In this document: piece by piece, positions 52,498-64,000 of the stretch
How the letters are laid out: each line of letters begins with the position of its first letter
Position numbering within the stretch: position 1 is the first letter of the stretch
Assembly (NCBI GenBank): GCA_951406725.2
Contig: OX597837.1
Coordinates: 22,382,001-22,446,000, forward strand
DNA: 64,000 nt
Direction: 5' to 3'
From: Octopus vulgaris
Lineage: Eukaryota
The notes under the pieces: model-generated
The model's database searches: none
Told to the model about the DNA's origin: nothing
Seen by the model: only the letters and a program-made list of their open reading frames with translations
Position numbers and translations under genes: made by a program

Positions 52498-55400
52498 CCT
52501 GTATATAAGATATATTATTACATGATGTGTGAATGCTCAGACACACACACACATATGGTACACACATGATGTATGTGTGTGTGTGTGTGTGTGTGTTATA
52601 TCTTGAAAATTCAAACCAAAATCCAAACAAAGACAAGAACCTTCTCCTTCCATCCATCCGCCCACCCGTCCACCCTATCAAAAACAAAGGAAGACAGAAG
52701 CTGTCAGATTCCCTTTGCTTTTCTTTCACCCTCTCCTCCTTCAACTGGGAGGCTGACCTCCCCGACCTAAAACGCTACTGGAAAAACTGGGAAAAGATGA
52801 AGGCCAAAGGAGGAGGAAATACAGTGGTAAAACACAGAGAGAGAGAGAAGGGGAGAAAAAGAGAGAGAGAGAGAGAAGGGTTGAATTTACAGGAAGCTGC
52901 CATGTCTTTTTAAGAAGATACAGTAGTAAAACTGGGGCACTAGGCGCCTGTAAGGAGAATACGCGAGTGTACATGTGTGTGTATGTGTGTGCGAGAGAGA
53001 GTGTGTAAGAGTGTGTAACTTAATTATTTGTAAATAACTGTAGCTTTTTTTTTGTTTTTTTTTAACTAGTGTTGGTCAGTATGTAGTGAAATGGTATGTG
53101 AAGTGGTGATGGTATTTTATGTATGCACTGGTGTGTCCGTGAGCATTCTGGTGTAGATTTATGAGCGCTAGAGAGGGACGGGGGGGGGGGAGCGTGTGTG
53201 CACGTGTGTGTATGGATGCTGGTGTGGGCGCGTCTGTGTGTAGAATGTATGCGTTAGCGTGTGGCTACACATATGTGCCGGTAGTGCGCGCGTGTTTATG
53301 GGGGTGGGGTTTGTTTTGTAATATCAATGGCAGACGGAGGAAGAAGTAAAGAAAAAAGGAAATGCAAAAGATGAGTGAAGAGAAAAAACACTGATCCACC
53401 TCAAGTTCATTGCCAGACAACAACCCACATCACCCTTATTATTATTATCATTATTTTTATCATCATCATCCTTCACCTTATTGGAAAATAAAAGAAATCA
53501 TTATCATTATCATTGATGCTGATTATGTTTTAGTTATTATGGTGAGACTTGCCCTGCTCTATAATAAATGAAGATACTAAACAGAAGGCAGATGGAAAGA
53601 AAACGCCATATACATATATATTATACACACACACACACACACTCATATATACACACACGTGTGTGCACATGCATGCGAACAAGAGAAGTGGGGAAGTCAT
53701 GTAGCTATGAATTCCCTGATATCGACGGTCAACTACTGACATGCCACATCACAAAAGCACCAGAATGCCAACTCAGATAAGAGCAGAGCCGAGCATGCAT
53801 GTGCAGATATACAGACACATACACAACACAATAAGCTGTACATATGGACATGGATATTACAAGTGCATAGAAGATTGGGTGTAGATTCACAGAAGAATGG
53901 ATAGATTTACACATGACCAGATAGGTTAGGTTAGAGGAAAACACACGCACATGCGAACACGCAAATTGCGAAGGCTTGATTCTAACTATCGAAAGAAAAA
54001 TGCACTGAAAACAGAGTGTAAAAGTACATTCATTCAGCTCATACCATTTGCCTTCAATTTGCCTATTTGCATGCCTAAGGGTAGCATAGTGTGTGTGTGT
54101 GTGTACACCTGTGTAGATGTATGTATGTTTATATGTATGTGAGGTGTGTGGCCTAGCAATAAGGGTATTGCACTCATGATCACAAGATCAGGGTTTCGAT
54201 TCCCAGACAGGTGGTGTGTTGTGTTCTTGGGGAAAACACTTCATTTCATGTTGCCGCAGTCCACAGGTAACCCTGCAATGGATTGTGGCACCATTGTGCT
54301 GGGGAGTGTTGGATAGCCTGCTGAGTCAGTAGAGTGGCATCATTCAAAAGCTACAACAACGCAAGGAAATGCACTGTGACTGGTGGTGCATAACAACATC
54401 TGATAGTCTGGACAACACAGTGATGTGTGTGTGTGATACACCTGAACCTCTGTAGGCATTTCTTAATTTATCTAATTAATGCATTTATTCATGGAGAATG
54501 CTCCACAACTAATTAAAAAAAATGAGTAGGGGTAATGAGCAATGTTTGCCTCAGAAAAAAAAATGAAGGGAAAGAATGAGCCAAATATACAGATGTCTCA
54601 CTATGTAGAACCTTGGGGAAGTGTCTTCAACTATAACCCCTAAGCTTTGAGTGAATTTGGTAGACAGAAACAGAAAGAAGCCTGTCAAGTCTTGTATATT
54701 GCTTTAGCATTTAATCCAGCTGTATCTGGCCCAAATACTCTACCTGTTTTATGTTAAAACTGACCAGATCCAACCTCTCACGCCTACCCTACAATGTCAT
54801 TCTAAAAATATGCAAACACACCGAATTGAAAAGATTGTGAATAAATAAGCATTACATTTGACAGGGAAATCTGAAAGCTGAAGGGATATACATATATGTG
54901 CAAAAAGATACACATATAAATGTGTGTGTTTGTGTATTTAGATGTGCGTGTTTGGCCCCTGCAACCACTTGACAACCGGTACTTATTTGTTTATATCCCC
55001 ATAATTTTAGTAGTTTGGCTTTAGAAATCGATAGAATAAGTGCCAAACTTAAAATGTTAGTACATAGCTGCAGTTCAATGACTGAAACAAGTAAAAGATA
55101 AATGATATAGACCAGTGACTCTCAACCATTTTTTGCCTGTGGACCCCTTTGGTTTCTATTTTACACTACTGGATCCCTATAGTTGTTCGATGTTTTAAAA
55201 ACATCTTATTGTATTTTTATAAAATATTATTAGGACTTGTAAGAAAAAAAAATGTTAAAACATTCTGAGTATTGTTGAAGCATAACCAATTCACTGCAGA
55301 AATTTTAACAACAAAATCTTATACGGACCCCTGTTTAAATCAGCCATATCTGGCCCAAAATGTTCTACCTGTTTTATGTTCAAACGGGCCGGATCTGGCC

Positions 55401-55701
55401 TCTTACAACTTATCTGACAATGCCATTCAAATAATCACATCATCAAAACCTCAAAGCTATGAGATAATGCATGATTAATTCAAAAAGTAATGTGAATGAA
55501 TAAGTATTACATTTGACTGAGTAACCTGAACACTAAAGGGTTAAGAATCACTGGTTATAGACACAGACAGATGAGGTCGAATAACCAGGTGATTTGATTG
55601 TGAATGCAACAGGGAATGTTAGGTAGGGGAAGAATGGAGGACATGGTGGGAAAGAACAGAGAAGTAGTGACAAGTGAAGGAAAAGAGTTGATTAGAGATC
55701 A

Positions 55702-55965
55702 TCCATCATCATCATCATCATCATCGTTTAGCGTCCGCTTTCCATGCTAGCATGGGTTGGATGATTCAACTGGGGTATGGGAAGCCAGAAGGCTGCACCA
55801 GGCCCAGTCTGATCTGGCAGTGTTTCTACAGCTGGATGCCCTTCCTAACGCCAACCACTCCATGAGTGTAGTGGGTGCTTTTTACGTGCCACCGGCACAG
55901 GTGCCAGACGAAGCTGGCAAGCGGCCACGATCAGATGGTGCTTTTTACGTGCCACCGGCACAGAA
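55702..55965 (-). mobile_element. SINE-like repeat with (GAT)n tail and Meta-like core; also at about 16260-16570, 16590-17045, 25934-26262, 28455-28980 and 47300-47518
   Basis: Shared gctggatgcccttcctaacgccaacc core and (cat)n end. Confidence 0.8.
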
Positions 55966-56271
55966 GCCAGAGATAGTAATGTAATGTATGCTACAGGTAT
56001 CCCCCAGTGTATTACTGTTATTTTAACAAGAGTTAGATGATACAACAAAGGGGAGTGGAAATGCCCCAAAATAGAAGGCCCTGACAAAAATATCTGCTCC
56101 AACTGTACTATTTATTATTACGGTATGGACATGTTGTTCATGTTTTACGTAAGATATTGATGAAGTGAAGCAAGTCCATCCGGGAGCAGAAACCATGTCA
56201 AATATTCTGAGAGGGAAACCAATTGTATCAAACTTAGCTATAACCAGATTTCTGTGTTGATATGTGCATGT

Positions 56272-56575
56272 ACACAAGGTCTGATCAATAAGTGTCCGGA
56301 CCGTTGCTATGGTAATGAAGCTAAAGCATGCAGAGTAAAGCCACTTGACACAGATTGACCTTCAACTCTGCTGTGCATACTCTTTTACTTGTTTCAGTCA
56401 TTTGACTGTGGCCATGCTGGAGCACCGCCTTTAGTTGAGCAAATTGACCCCAGGACTTATTCTTTGTAAGCCTAGTACTTATTCAATCGGTCTCTTTTGC
56501 CGAACTGGTAAGTTACAGGGACGTAAACACACCAGTATCGGTTGTCAAGCGATGTTGGGAGGACAAACACACACA

Positions 56576-56619
<44 letters not shown>

Positions 56620-57391
56620 TATGACAGGCTTCTTTCAGTTTCCATCAACCAAATCCACTCACAAGGCTTTGGTCGGCCCGAGGCTATAGTAGAAGACATT
56701 TGCCCAAGGTGCCACACAGTTGGACTGAACCCGGGACCATGTGGTTGGTAAGCAAGCTACTTACCACACAGCCACTCCTATGCATGCACACTAAGTTTTA
56801 ACATTCTAGCTCACTTCTGTTGTTTACAGCAGTGCTTGGAAGGAACGTGTAGAAAAAGTTGTCATAACAGTACCTGCTCAGAGGCCTACACAAAGTTGCA
56901 GAAAATGTATGGAGAGGAGTGTATGAGCCGTGCACAAGTGTATGGAGAGGAGTGTATGAGCCGTGCACAAGTGTATGGAGAGGAGTGTATGAGCCATGCA
57001 CAAGTGTATGGAGAGGAGTGTATGAGCCGTGCACAAGTGTATGGAGAGGAGTGTATGAGCCGTGCACAAGTGTATGGAGAGGAGTGTATGAGCCATGCAC
57101 AAGTGTATGGAGAGGAGTGTATGAGCCGTGCACAAGTGTATGGAGAGGAGTGTATGAGCCGTGCACAAGTGTATGGAGAGGAGTGTATGAGCCGTGCACA
57201 AGTGTATGGAGAGGAGTGTATGAGCCGTGCACAAGTGTATGGAGAGGAGTGTATGGGCCGTGCACAAGTGCATGAGTGGTTCAGACATTTCTAAGATGGC
57301 CGCAAAGTGTTGATATTAACGAACGTTCTGAGAGACCCGCAACCAGTAGAACTGAGAAAAACATTGCAGATGTGCATGCAGCAGTGAGGGG
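56272..57391 (+). mobile_element. Mariner 5' portion (left TIR plus N-terminal HTH), interrupted by a SINE and carrying an internal minisatellite
   Basis: TIR-like caaggtctgatcaataagtgtccggac. Translation EAYTKLQKMYGEECMSRAQV...HEWFRHF*DG, then frameshift to SVDINERSERPATSRTEKNIADV, which matches mariner YGxxxxSxxxVxxWFxRFxxG...DxxRSGRP. Confidence 0.9.
56908..57270 (+). repeat. 11 x 33-bp tandem repeat (tatggagaggagtgtatgagccgtgcacaagtg)
   Basis: 363 bp; only three single-base variants (units 3, 6 and 11). Confidence 0.98.
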
Positions 57392-58414
57392 ATTTCAATT
57401 CAACCAAATCCTTCAGCCAAAACCACTCACAGTGCCTTTGGTTGACCCAAGGCTATAATAGAAGACACTAGCCCAAAGTGCAATGCAATGGGACTGAACC
57501 CAGAACCATGTGGCTAGGGAGCAAGCTTCTAATCACACAGCCATGCCTGTTCCTAAATAATTAAAAAAATATTAATCATTGCACTAATGTCTTTTCCAAA
57601 TCCCATTATTATTTCTTCTAATTAGATATTTGATACTCACTCATTATGTACATAATTACTAAACTTAACAAATATTTAAGACAAAAGAGCATGATTCAAG
57701 GGAGATTTTGGTTGCTATTTCTAGTAATTCAAGCGACCACTCAAAAATTATTTTGTTGGCTCAACCACTAGTTCAGTTTGCAGCTGTGGCTAAACCATCT
57801 TAAAATGGTTTGTAACTGTGGCTAAACCATCATACTATCAGTTGCAAATATATTAATATTAGAGGATAGTGGTCTTCCCAATCACATATACCATATTTTC
57901 CACCAAGCTGGTGTGCAAACCTCGGTCAGCCATCTTATATCTCTGTCTGCAGGATGGTATGCAAGGTAGAGAACTATTGTTATTCTGCTACAACAGCCGA
58001 TGAAGCAGGAGAGGAAGGAGGAGGAGGAAGACACACAGACACAAACACAGCGCCAACCATTGAACCATCAGTCGCAGACATACACTGTTGCACAATATTT
58101 GCATTCACTGAAGAACACAACGTAGAATCAATATTGCTTCAGCCTAATAGCAACGCGAAGGGGAAGCTGAAATTACACATTATTCAGACACACATACACA
58201 TGTATGTATATATATATATATATATACACATGCATACATACATATATATATATACACATGCATACATACATACATATATATATATATATACACATGCATA
58301 CATATATATGTATACATACATACATACATACATATATATATATACACACATGCATACATACATATATATATATATACACATACATACATATATATATATA
58401 CACATGTACATGTA

Positions 58415-58447
<33 letters not shown>

Positions 58448-61400
58448 GTATGTATACATACATACACACACATATACACATACATACGTATGTATACATA
58501 CATACACACACATATACACATACATACTCATATATGCACCACAAGTGACTCCTAGTACTTAGGCCACATCATGCAATTTTAAAAATCAAAGCCATACAAC
58601 TGAAGTGGGAGTATATGCAGCATGCATGAAACCTCTTTTCCAGCTGTCTCTTGTAAAAATGAAAGATATTAAAACCCATTTACATTTATTTCTACATTTT
58701 ATACCAAGCACTGCACGCCTTACATTCACGCAAGAAATGCAACTTGCATGCATATGTATGTATGTCTGTGTGTACATATGTATGTATATGAAGTCTCTAA
58801 GTATGACAACTGTAAGTGTGCACTGAACTGCATTAACTTTGCAAATAAAACAGCACTCGTCTTGGCGGCTAAGCATTGGTTAGAACAATGAGAAACTGGA
58901 CAAACATCAAGTTCTACATCAAAATCACCTTCTCAAAGACATATGTTATGACAAGAACTAAAAATCCATTATACCCAAAATGGCCTTATAGCATATCTGT
59001 TCATCACCTTGAGTATTTCTCAAACCCCTGTGCATGATTGTCCAACAGTCATTGACCCTATATCAGGAGAGTTCTTCTGTTCTTTTGATAGGTGCTGTTT
59101 TGGTCCTGCCTGGTTCCTAGCAACCCACCTCATCCTTCATGGTCAGATCCTTTTATGCTTTGCTGGATGTTTAATTTCGTTTTTGGATTTGGTTTGCAAG
59201 ATTCTTTATATGAGTTTGTGTGTTGAAGCATATTCTGTTGTGTCTGGGGAGAGTAATTCTCTTTTAGTGCCTTATTATTTAACACACTCACACTCATTAT
59301 TTAACACACTCAACCTTTTCAATAGTCTTGACTATTGAAAAGGTTGCAAAACGCAACGAAAATTTTAGAAAATAAAAATAAGAAATAAGTGGAAATTTTA
59401 CTGGTGAGTGTATTAAATAATAATGGATGTTTAATGTTTGTATAAGCGGTAGGGTAGAAATCAACCGAGAGGAAGGTTGGATATAATACAAAAGCAATCA
59501 AATGGATAGTCATGGGCAAAATCTGAATAACCATCATCATTTAGCAAACATTCTATGCTAGCATAGATTAGATGGTTTGACAGGAGCTGACAGCTCCAAT
59601 ATCTGTTTCGCTATGGTTTTTTACAGCTGGGTGCCCTTCCTAAAGTCGATGACTTTACTGCAATTTTTGAGTGCATTTTCATGTCATCAACATTAATGAG
59701 GTCGCCAAGTAACTCACAAGACACCAGCCCTTGATTGAGGAGTGTGTAATACTGAGGGAAATGGTTTCTGCCAGGTGTTGAGAGACAAAAAGCATGAGAA
59801 AGGGACAGGAACAGGTGTCTTGCTGTAGAAAAGATGGTTAAGTGTTGGGGGTGGGGGATATACCTTGAAGGCGCAAGAGAGTGAATGGGACAGGAAGAAC
59901 AGATGAAAAGATAGGGAGAGAAAATCAGCTAAGGTTCACAAGAGCATGAACTTAGTTCACAGATAGTTAGAGATAGAGAATATAGGGATATAGGTGGTGC
60001 AGTGAATGGTAAATAGGAGAGGAGGTACAGTCAATGGAAAGTAAAGAAAAGAGGAGTGGGTCAGGAAGGAGCAGGTGATATATAGCAGAACAAAAGAAAA
60101 AAAAATACACAGTTGAAAATGAAGAATGCATTTTATAAAATATACAAGATAATTTGAGAACAGTTTATAAAAGTACAGCCACTAATGCCCCTTTGCTTCC
60201 AAAACAACAGCAAAGGTGTCATGTACTTTTTGATGAAGTTTTTGCATTCACTCAGGATTATTTTGTCTCTAAATCTGCAGCATTTTCTTTTATAGATCCA
60301 AAGTCGATGAAGCATTATAAGCTGCAATTTTCTTTCCAATATGATCCTAATTTTCATGCATTTTCCATATGGTTCCAGTCAGATGATACTGGCCAATAGA
60401 TTAATAACATTGTTAGCTTTAAGCCAGACTCTCATGCATTCTGCAGAATAGCAGAAAGCATGAAAACCTGGCACCACCATGCTGGAGAACATCCAGGCAA
60501 ATCTTAAGAGTTCTGTTCATGCTTATATCTTGAGGAATTACCTAAACTTCAGCTCTTCCCTATCCAAAAACGACCTTACATCATAATGGATGGATGCTGC
60601 AAGTATATGCCTAGGATTCTGTCTTGAATTTGAAGGAAGACATATAAAAGAAGCATTACAGATAAATGGTTTAATGAATATTTTGTCATTAAATAGGACT
60701 TTAAGTCAGTCCTCCACAATCCAGTAAACAAATTTTTAGGATCACTGCAAAACTGCAGATGGTCAGGATGTTTTTATTTTGGCATATATTAAAAGTGCAA
60801 GCATGGCTGTGTGATAAGAACTTTGCTTCCCAACCACATGGTTCAGGGTTCAGACTCACTGTGTGGCACCTTGGACAAGTGTCTTCTACTATAGCCTTTG
60901 GCTGACCAAAGCCTTGTGAGTGGATTTGGCAGACAGAGGCTGAAAGAAGCCTGTCGTGTGTGTGCATGTGTCTGCATTTGTCTCCCATTACCACTTAACA
61001 ACCAGTGTTGGTTTGTTTATGCCCCTATCAAATCCACTCACAAGGCTTTATCCAGCCTCGAGCTATAAAAGACATTTGCTCAAGGTGTCGTACAGTGGGA
61101 CTGAACCTGAAACCATGTGGGTAAGAAGCAAACTTCTTACTATGTAGATATGGTAAGAAGTTTGCTTCCCAACCACATAATTCCGAGTTCTGTCCCAATA
61201 AGTGGCACCTTGAGCAAGTGTCTTCCACTATAGTCTTAGGCCAACCAAAGCCTTGCGAGGATTAGGTAGACAGAACCAGAAAGAAGTCTGTCGTGTGTGT
61301 GTTTCTGTTTGCCTTTGTACCTACCACTAATTGACAGTCTGTGTTGATTCATTTACGAACTCCGTAACTTAGCGATTCGGCATAAGATACTAATAGAATA

Positions 61401-62162
61401 AGTACTGAGCTTTAAAAAACAAATAAGCACTAGGGTTGATTCGTTCGACTAAAACCCTTCAAATAGGTGCCTCGGCAGAGCCGCAGTGCAACAACTGAGA
61501 CAAGTAAAAAATGAAAGATATAATTTGTATTTATTTACACCTCAAAAATTGCAATCTCATTTTCTGTTAATAATTTGACCCAAATTACCCCAAAAATATT
61601 AAATATTAAATTCAAAATCCTTGTAATAATTTTTTTCATTTCCGTGCAGAAAAATAAATTTCTAAAGATAGCCATAGTCTTAAGAAATTTGTTTCTCGAC
61701 CACGATGCGTCTAGTTACGTCCCTTTATGCAAAATGGGTAATAAAAATAAATATACTGATACTGAAAGTAGGTCATCTCCCACTAGTACCACCAAAGGAA
61801 AAATAGAAAAAATAGAAAAATAAAATTTCCCCTCTAACCAAAACAGGCTGACAACATTAAAAACAATCTTCAGTGTCTCTAAACAAATTAGCAGCATACA
61901 GAACTACACACACACACACACAAAACCAACTATAGAACTACACAGAATTATAAAGCTACATACACATAATTACAGAAAACACGCACTCACACAACTAACT
62001 ACAAAACTTCACACACACACACACACACACGGCGAGATGAAATAACAAGGAAGCATCTATGCAGCCGCGTCACCTGCAAGAAATAGCAGCAAAATCTTGT
62101 CTGAAATTACATCCTACCATAAAAAAAAATAAATAAATGATACACACACAAAAAGACTGATT

Positions 62163-62370
62163 GTTTCCTCCACCTTAGCAAAGGCAGGGGTATTGTTTTC
62201 AGTCGTGTTTGTATGTTGGACCGTGGACAAGATATCTTAAGAACTGCTGGATGGATTCGGATGAAACTCTCAGGGTTGTTTGGCCTCGTGACAGGCATGA
62301 ACTGATTAGATTTTGGGACCGATTCAGTGCTGGACAAGGATTCTGGATATCTTTCATCTTTTGGTGGGGG
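62163..62370 (+). mobile_element. Helentron-associated (HINE/DINE-like) fragment
   Basis: cctccRcc...ggggtattgttttcagtcgtgtttgt...ggatggattcggatgaaact...gattagattttggg layout, typical of HINEs. Confidence 0.6.
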
Positions 62371-63011
62371 CACCGCCTTGAAGAATTTTTAGTCGCATGA
62401 ATTAACCCCAGGACTTTTTTCATTTTAAACTTGGTACTTATTATATCGGTCTATTTTGCCGAACCGTTAAATTACAGAGACGTAAACACATTAACACCGG
62501 TTGTTGAGCGGTGTAGTGGGGACAAACACAAAAGTTTCTTTCAGTTTCTGTCTACCAAATCCACTGACAAGGCTTTGGTCAGCCCGAGGCTATAGCAGAA
62601 AATACAAGGTGCCACGCAGTGGGACTGAACCCACAACCATGTGGTTAGGAAGCAAGCTACTTATCACACAGTCACACCTGCACCTGTGTAGAATTTGTAT
62701 CTACATTCATTCTTCTTTCATCTTGGTGTTTGGTTTAAAAGCTTACAACCATCTTGACTCTTGTGCTACCATATTTCTGCTGAAAAACACTTTCTTTGTT
62801 TTTGTATAGGATTTGCAAGATTCTTTATGTGAATTTGTGTGTTGAAACAAATTTTGTTGAGTCTGGGAGAGTTATTACACCATTGACTAAAAATGAAGAA
62901 ATGGGATTGAACCTGTGTGTATGTTGTTATTATTGGCATAATGACTCTCCCAAGACACAACAGAATATGCTGTCTTTGTTTCAAGTAATTTAGAAACTAA
63001 TGAAGGATTTA

Positions 63012-63494
63012 CATTGTTTACATTTGATGGATATTTGTCCTCATCTTGTTTGTTGTTAACACAATGTTTCAGCTGATATACCCTCCAGCCTTCTTCAGGT
63101 GTCTTGGGAAAATTTCAAACCTGGGTTCTCATTCCTAAGGTATTTTTCGATGTTGTTATTATTATTATTATTATGATTATTATAGTTCAGGTCACTGCTT
63201 GGAATCGAACTTGGAATCTTAACCACTACACCATATGACATAGTGGTTAAGAGCACGGGTTACTAACCCCAAGGTTCCAAGTTTGATTCCAAGCAGTGAC
63301 CTGAACAATAATAATAATAATAATAATATTGAAAAATACCTTAGGAATGAGAACCCAGGTTCAAAATTTCCCCAAGACACCTGAAGAAGGCTGGAGGGTA
63401 TATCAACCGAAACATGTTAACAAACAAGATGAGGACAAATATCTGTCAAATGTAAATAATGTACATAATTCCTCATCTCTTAAATATAGAACTG
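63012..63494. mobile_element. Head-to-head fold-back of a tRNA-headed SINE with a hammerhead-like tail; 13-bp TSD
   Basis: 63012-63228 is the reverse complement of about 63240-63465. aatgaaggattta flanks both sides (62999-63011 and 63495-63507). Confidence 0.88.
63058..63103 (-). ncRNA. Minimal type I hammerhead ribozyme-like motif (probably decayed); mirror copy at 63376-63418 on +
   Basis: GACAC CUGAAGA A GGCUG-loop-CAGCU GAAA CAU U GUGUU: stem I GACAC/GUGUU, stem II and the conserved core are present. Confidence 0.65.
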
Positions 63495-64000
63495 AATGAA
63501 GGATTTAATAGAAAAACTGTCATTATTAAGCTGGTGCTTGAAATACAAATTAACCCTTTAGCATCTAATCCAGCCATATCCAGCACAAATATTCTACCTG
63601 TTTTGTGTTAAAGCTGACTAGATCCAACCTCTCACACCTCCCTCACAATGTCGTTCTAAAAATACACAAACACACCATTGAAATCTTGAAATTACAAGAT
63701 GTGTAATTAATTCCAAACAATTTGAATACACAAGCAAAATATTTGACAAAGAAATCTGGATGCTTAAAAGGTTAACATGAAATTTTAAGGTGATCGTATA
63801 ATTTAGATCACTTCAAGTTTATATCATAGAACCAGGTGTTTTCAGGTGAGTTGATATCAAGAGTTAAATGTGACAATTTGTCTGCTCCTCCCACTTTTAA
63901 TCCCCACAGCTCCCCCACTAACACCAAGGAGAACCTCTCACCCCCACCCACCCCCCACAATGAAAAACACTCATTTAACACTCGGTTGACACTTACTGAA

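Noticed and set aside
52741-52800. Plus-strand WEADLPDLK resembling WACEDFPDLK
   Set aside because: Wrong strand, no nucleotide similarity or further match; a chance resemblance.
56908-57270. 33-bp repeats as a CRISPR array or a repeat protein
   Set aside because: The units abut with no spacers, the context is eukaryotic, and the unit is a piece of a dead mariner transposase.
57954-58562. Longest ORF in the track (202 aa)
   Set aside because: About two thirds is (TA/CA)n translation and the N-terminal part resembles no family I recognise.

Overview
AT-rich, microsatellite- and transposon-dense animal genomic DNA. The SINE and MITE families look like those of Octopus; the species call is my inference. 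The window lies inside one gene, a DOT1L (histone H3K79 methyltransferase) orthologue on the minus strand. Eleven GT-AG exons between 31523 and 6202 (877 nt) splice in consistent phase and encode most of the catalytic domain: WACEDFPDLK...FSPE-VYGET...DLGSGVGQ...VNNFAFG...SWTG...KNPKLR. I did not find the first two coding exons, so they probably lie beyond 64000; the long C-terminal exons probably lie before position 1. The introns contain tRNA-derived SINEs, piggyBac/hAT/Tc-type MITEs, mariner/Tc1/RTE/Helitron relics and a solo LTR. Less ordinary signals: (i) fold-back insertions with 12-13 bp target-site duplications, one of them a tRNA-headed SINE whose tail carries a minimal Penelope-type hammerhead ribozyme, plus several other decayed hammerhead folds; (ii) a solo LTR with a palindromic NRF1/ETS-like cassette; (iii) an 11 x 33 bp in-frame minisatellite inside a mariner helix-turn-helix; (iv) two Tc1-type ends bracketing two DOT1L exons; (v) a strand-specific pre-miRNA-like hairpin. 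All calls were made by eye, without searches.
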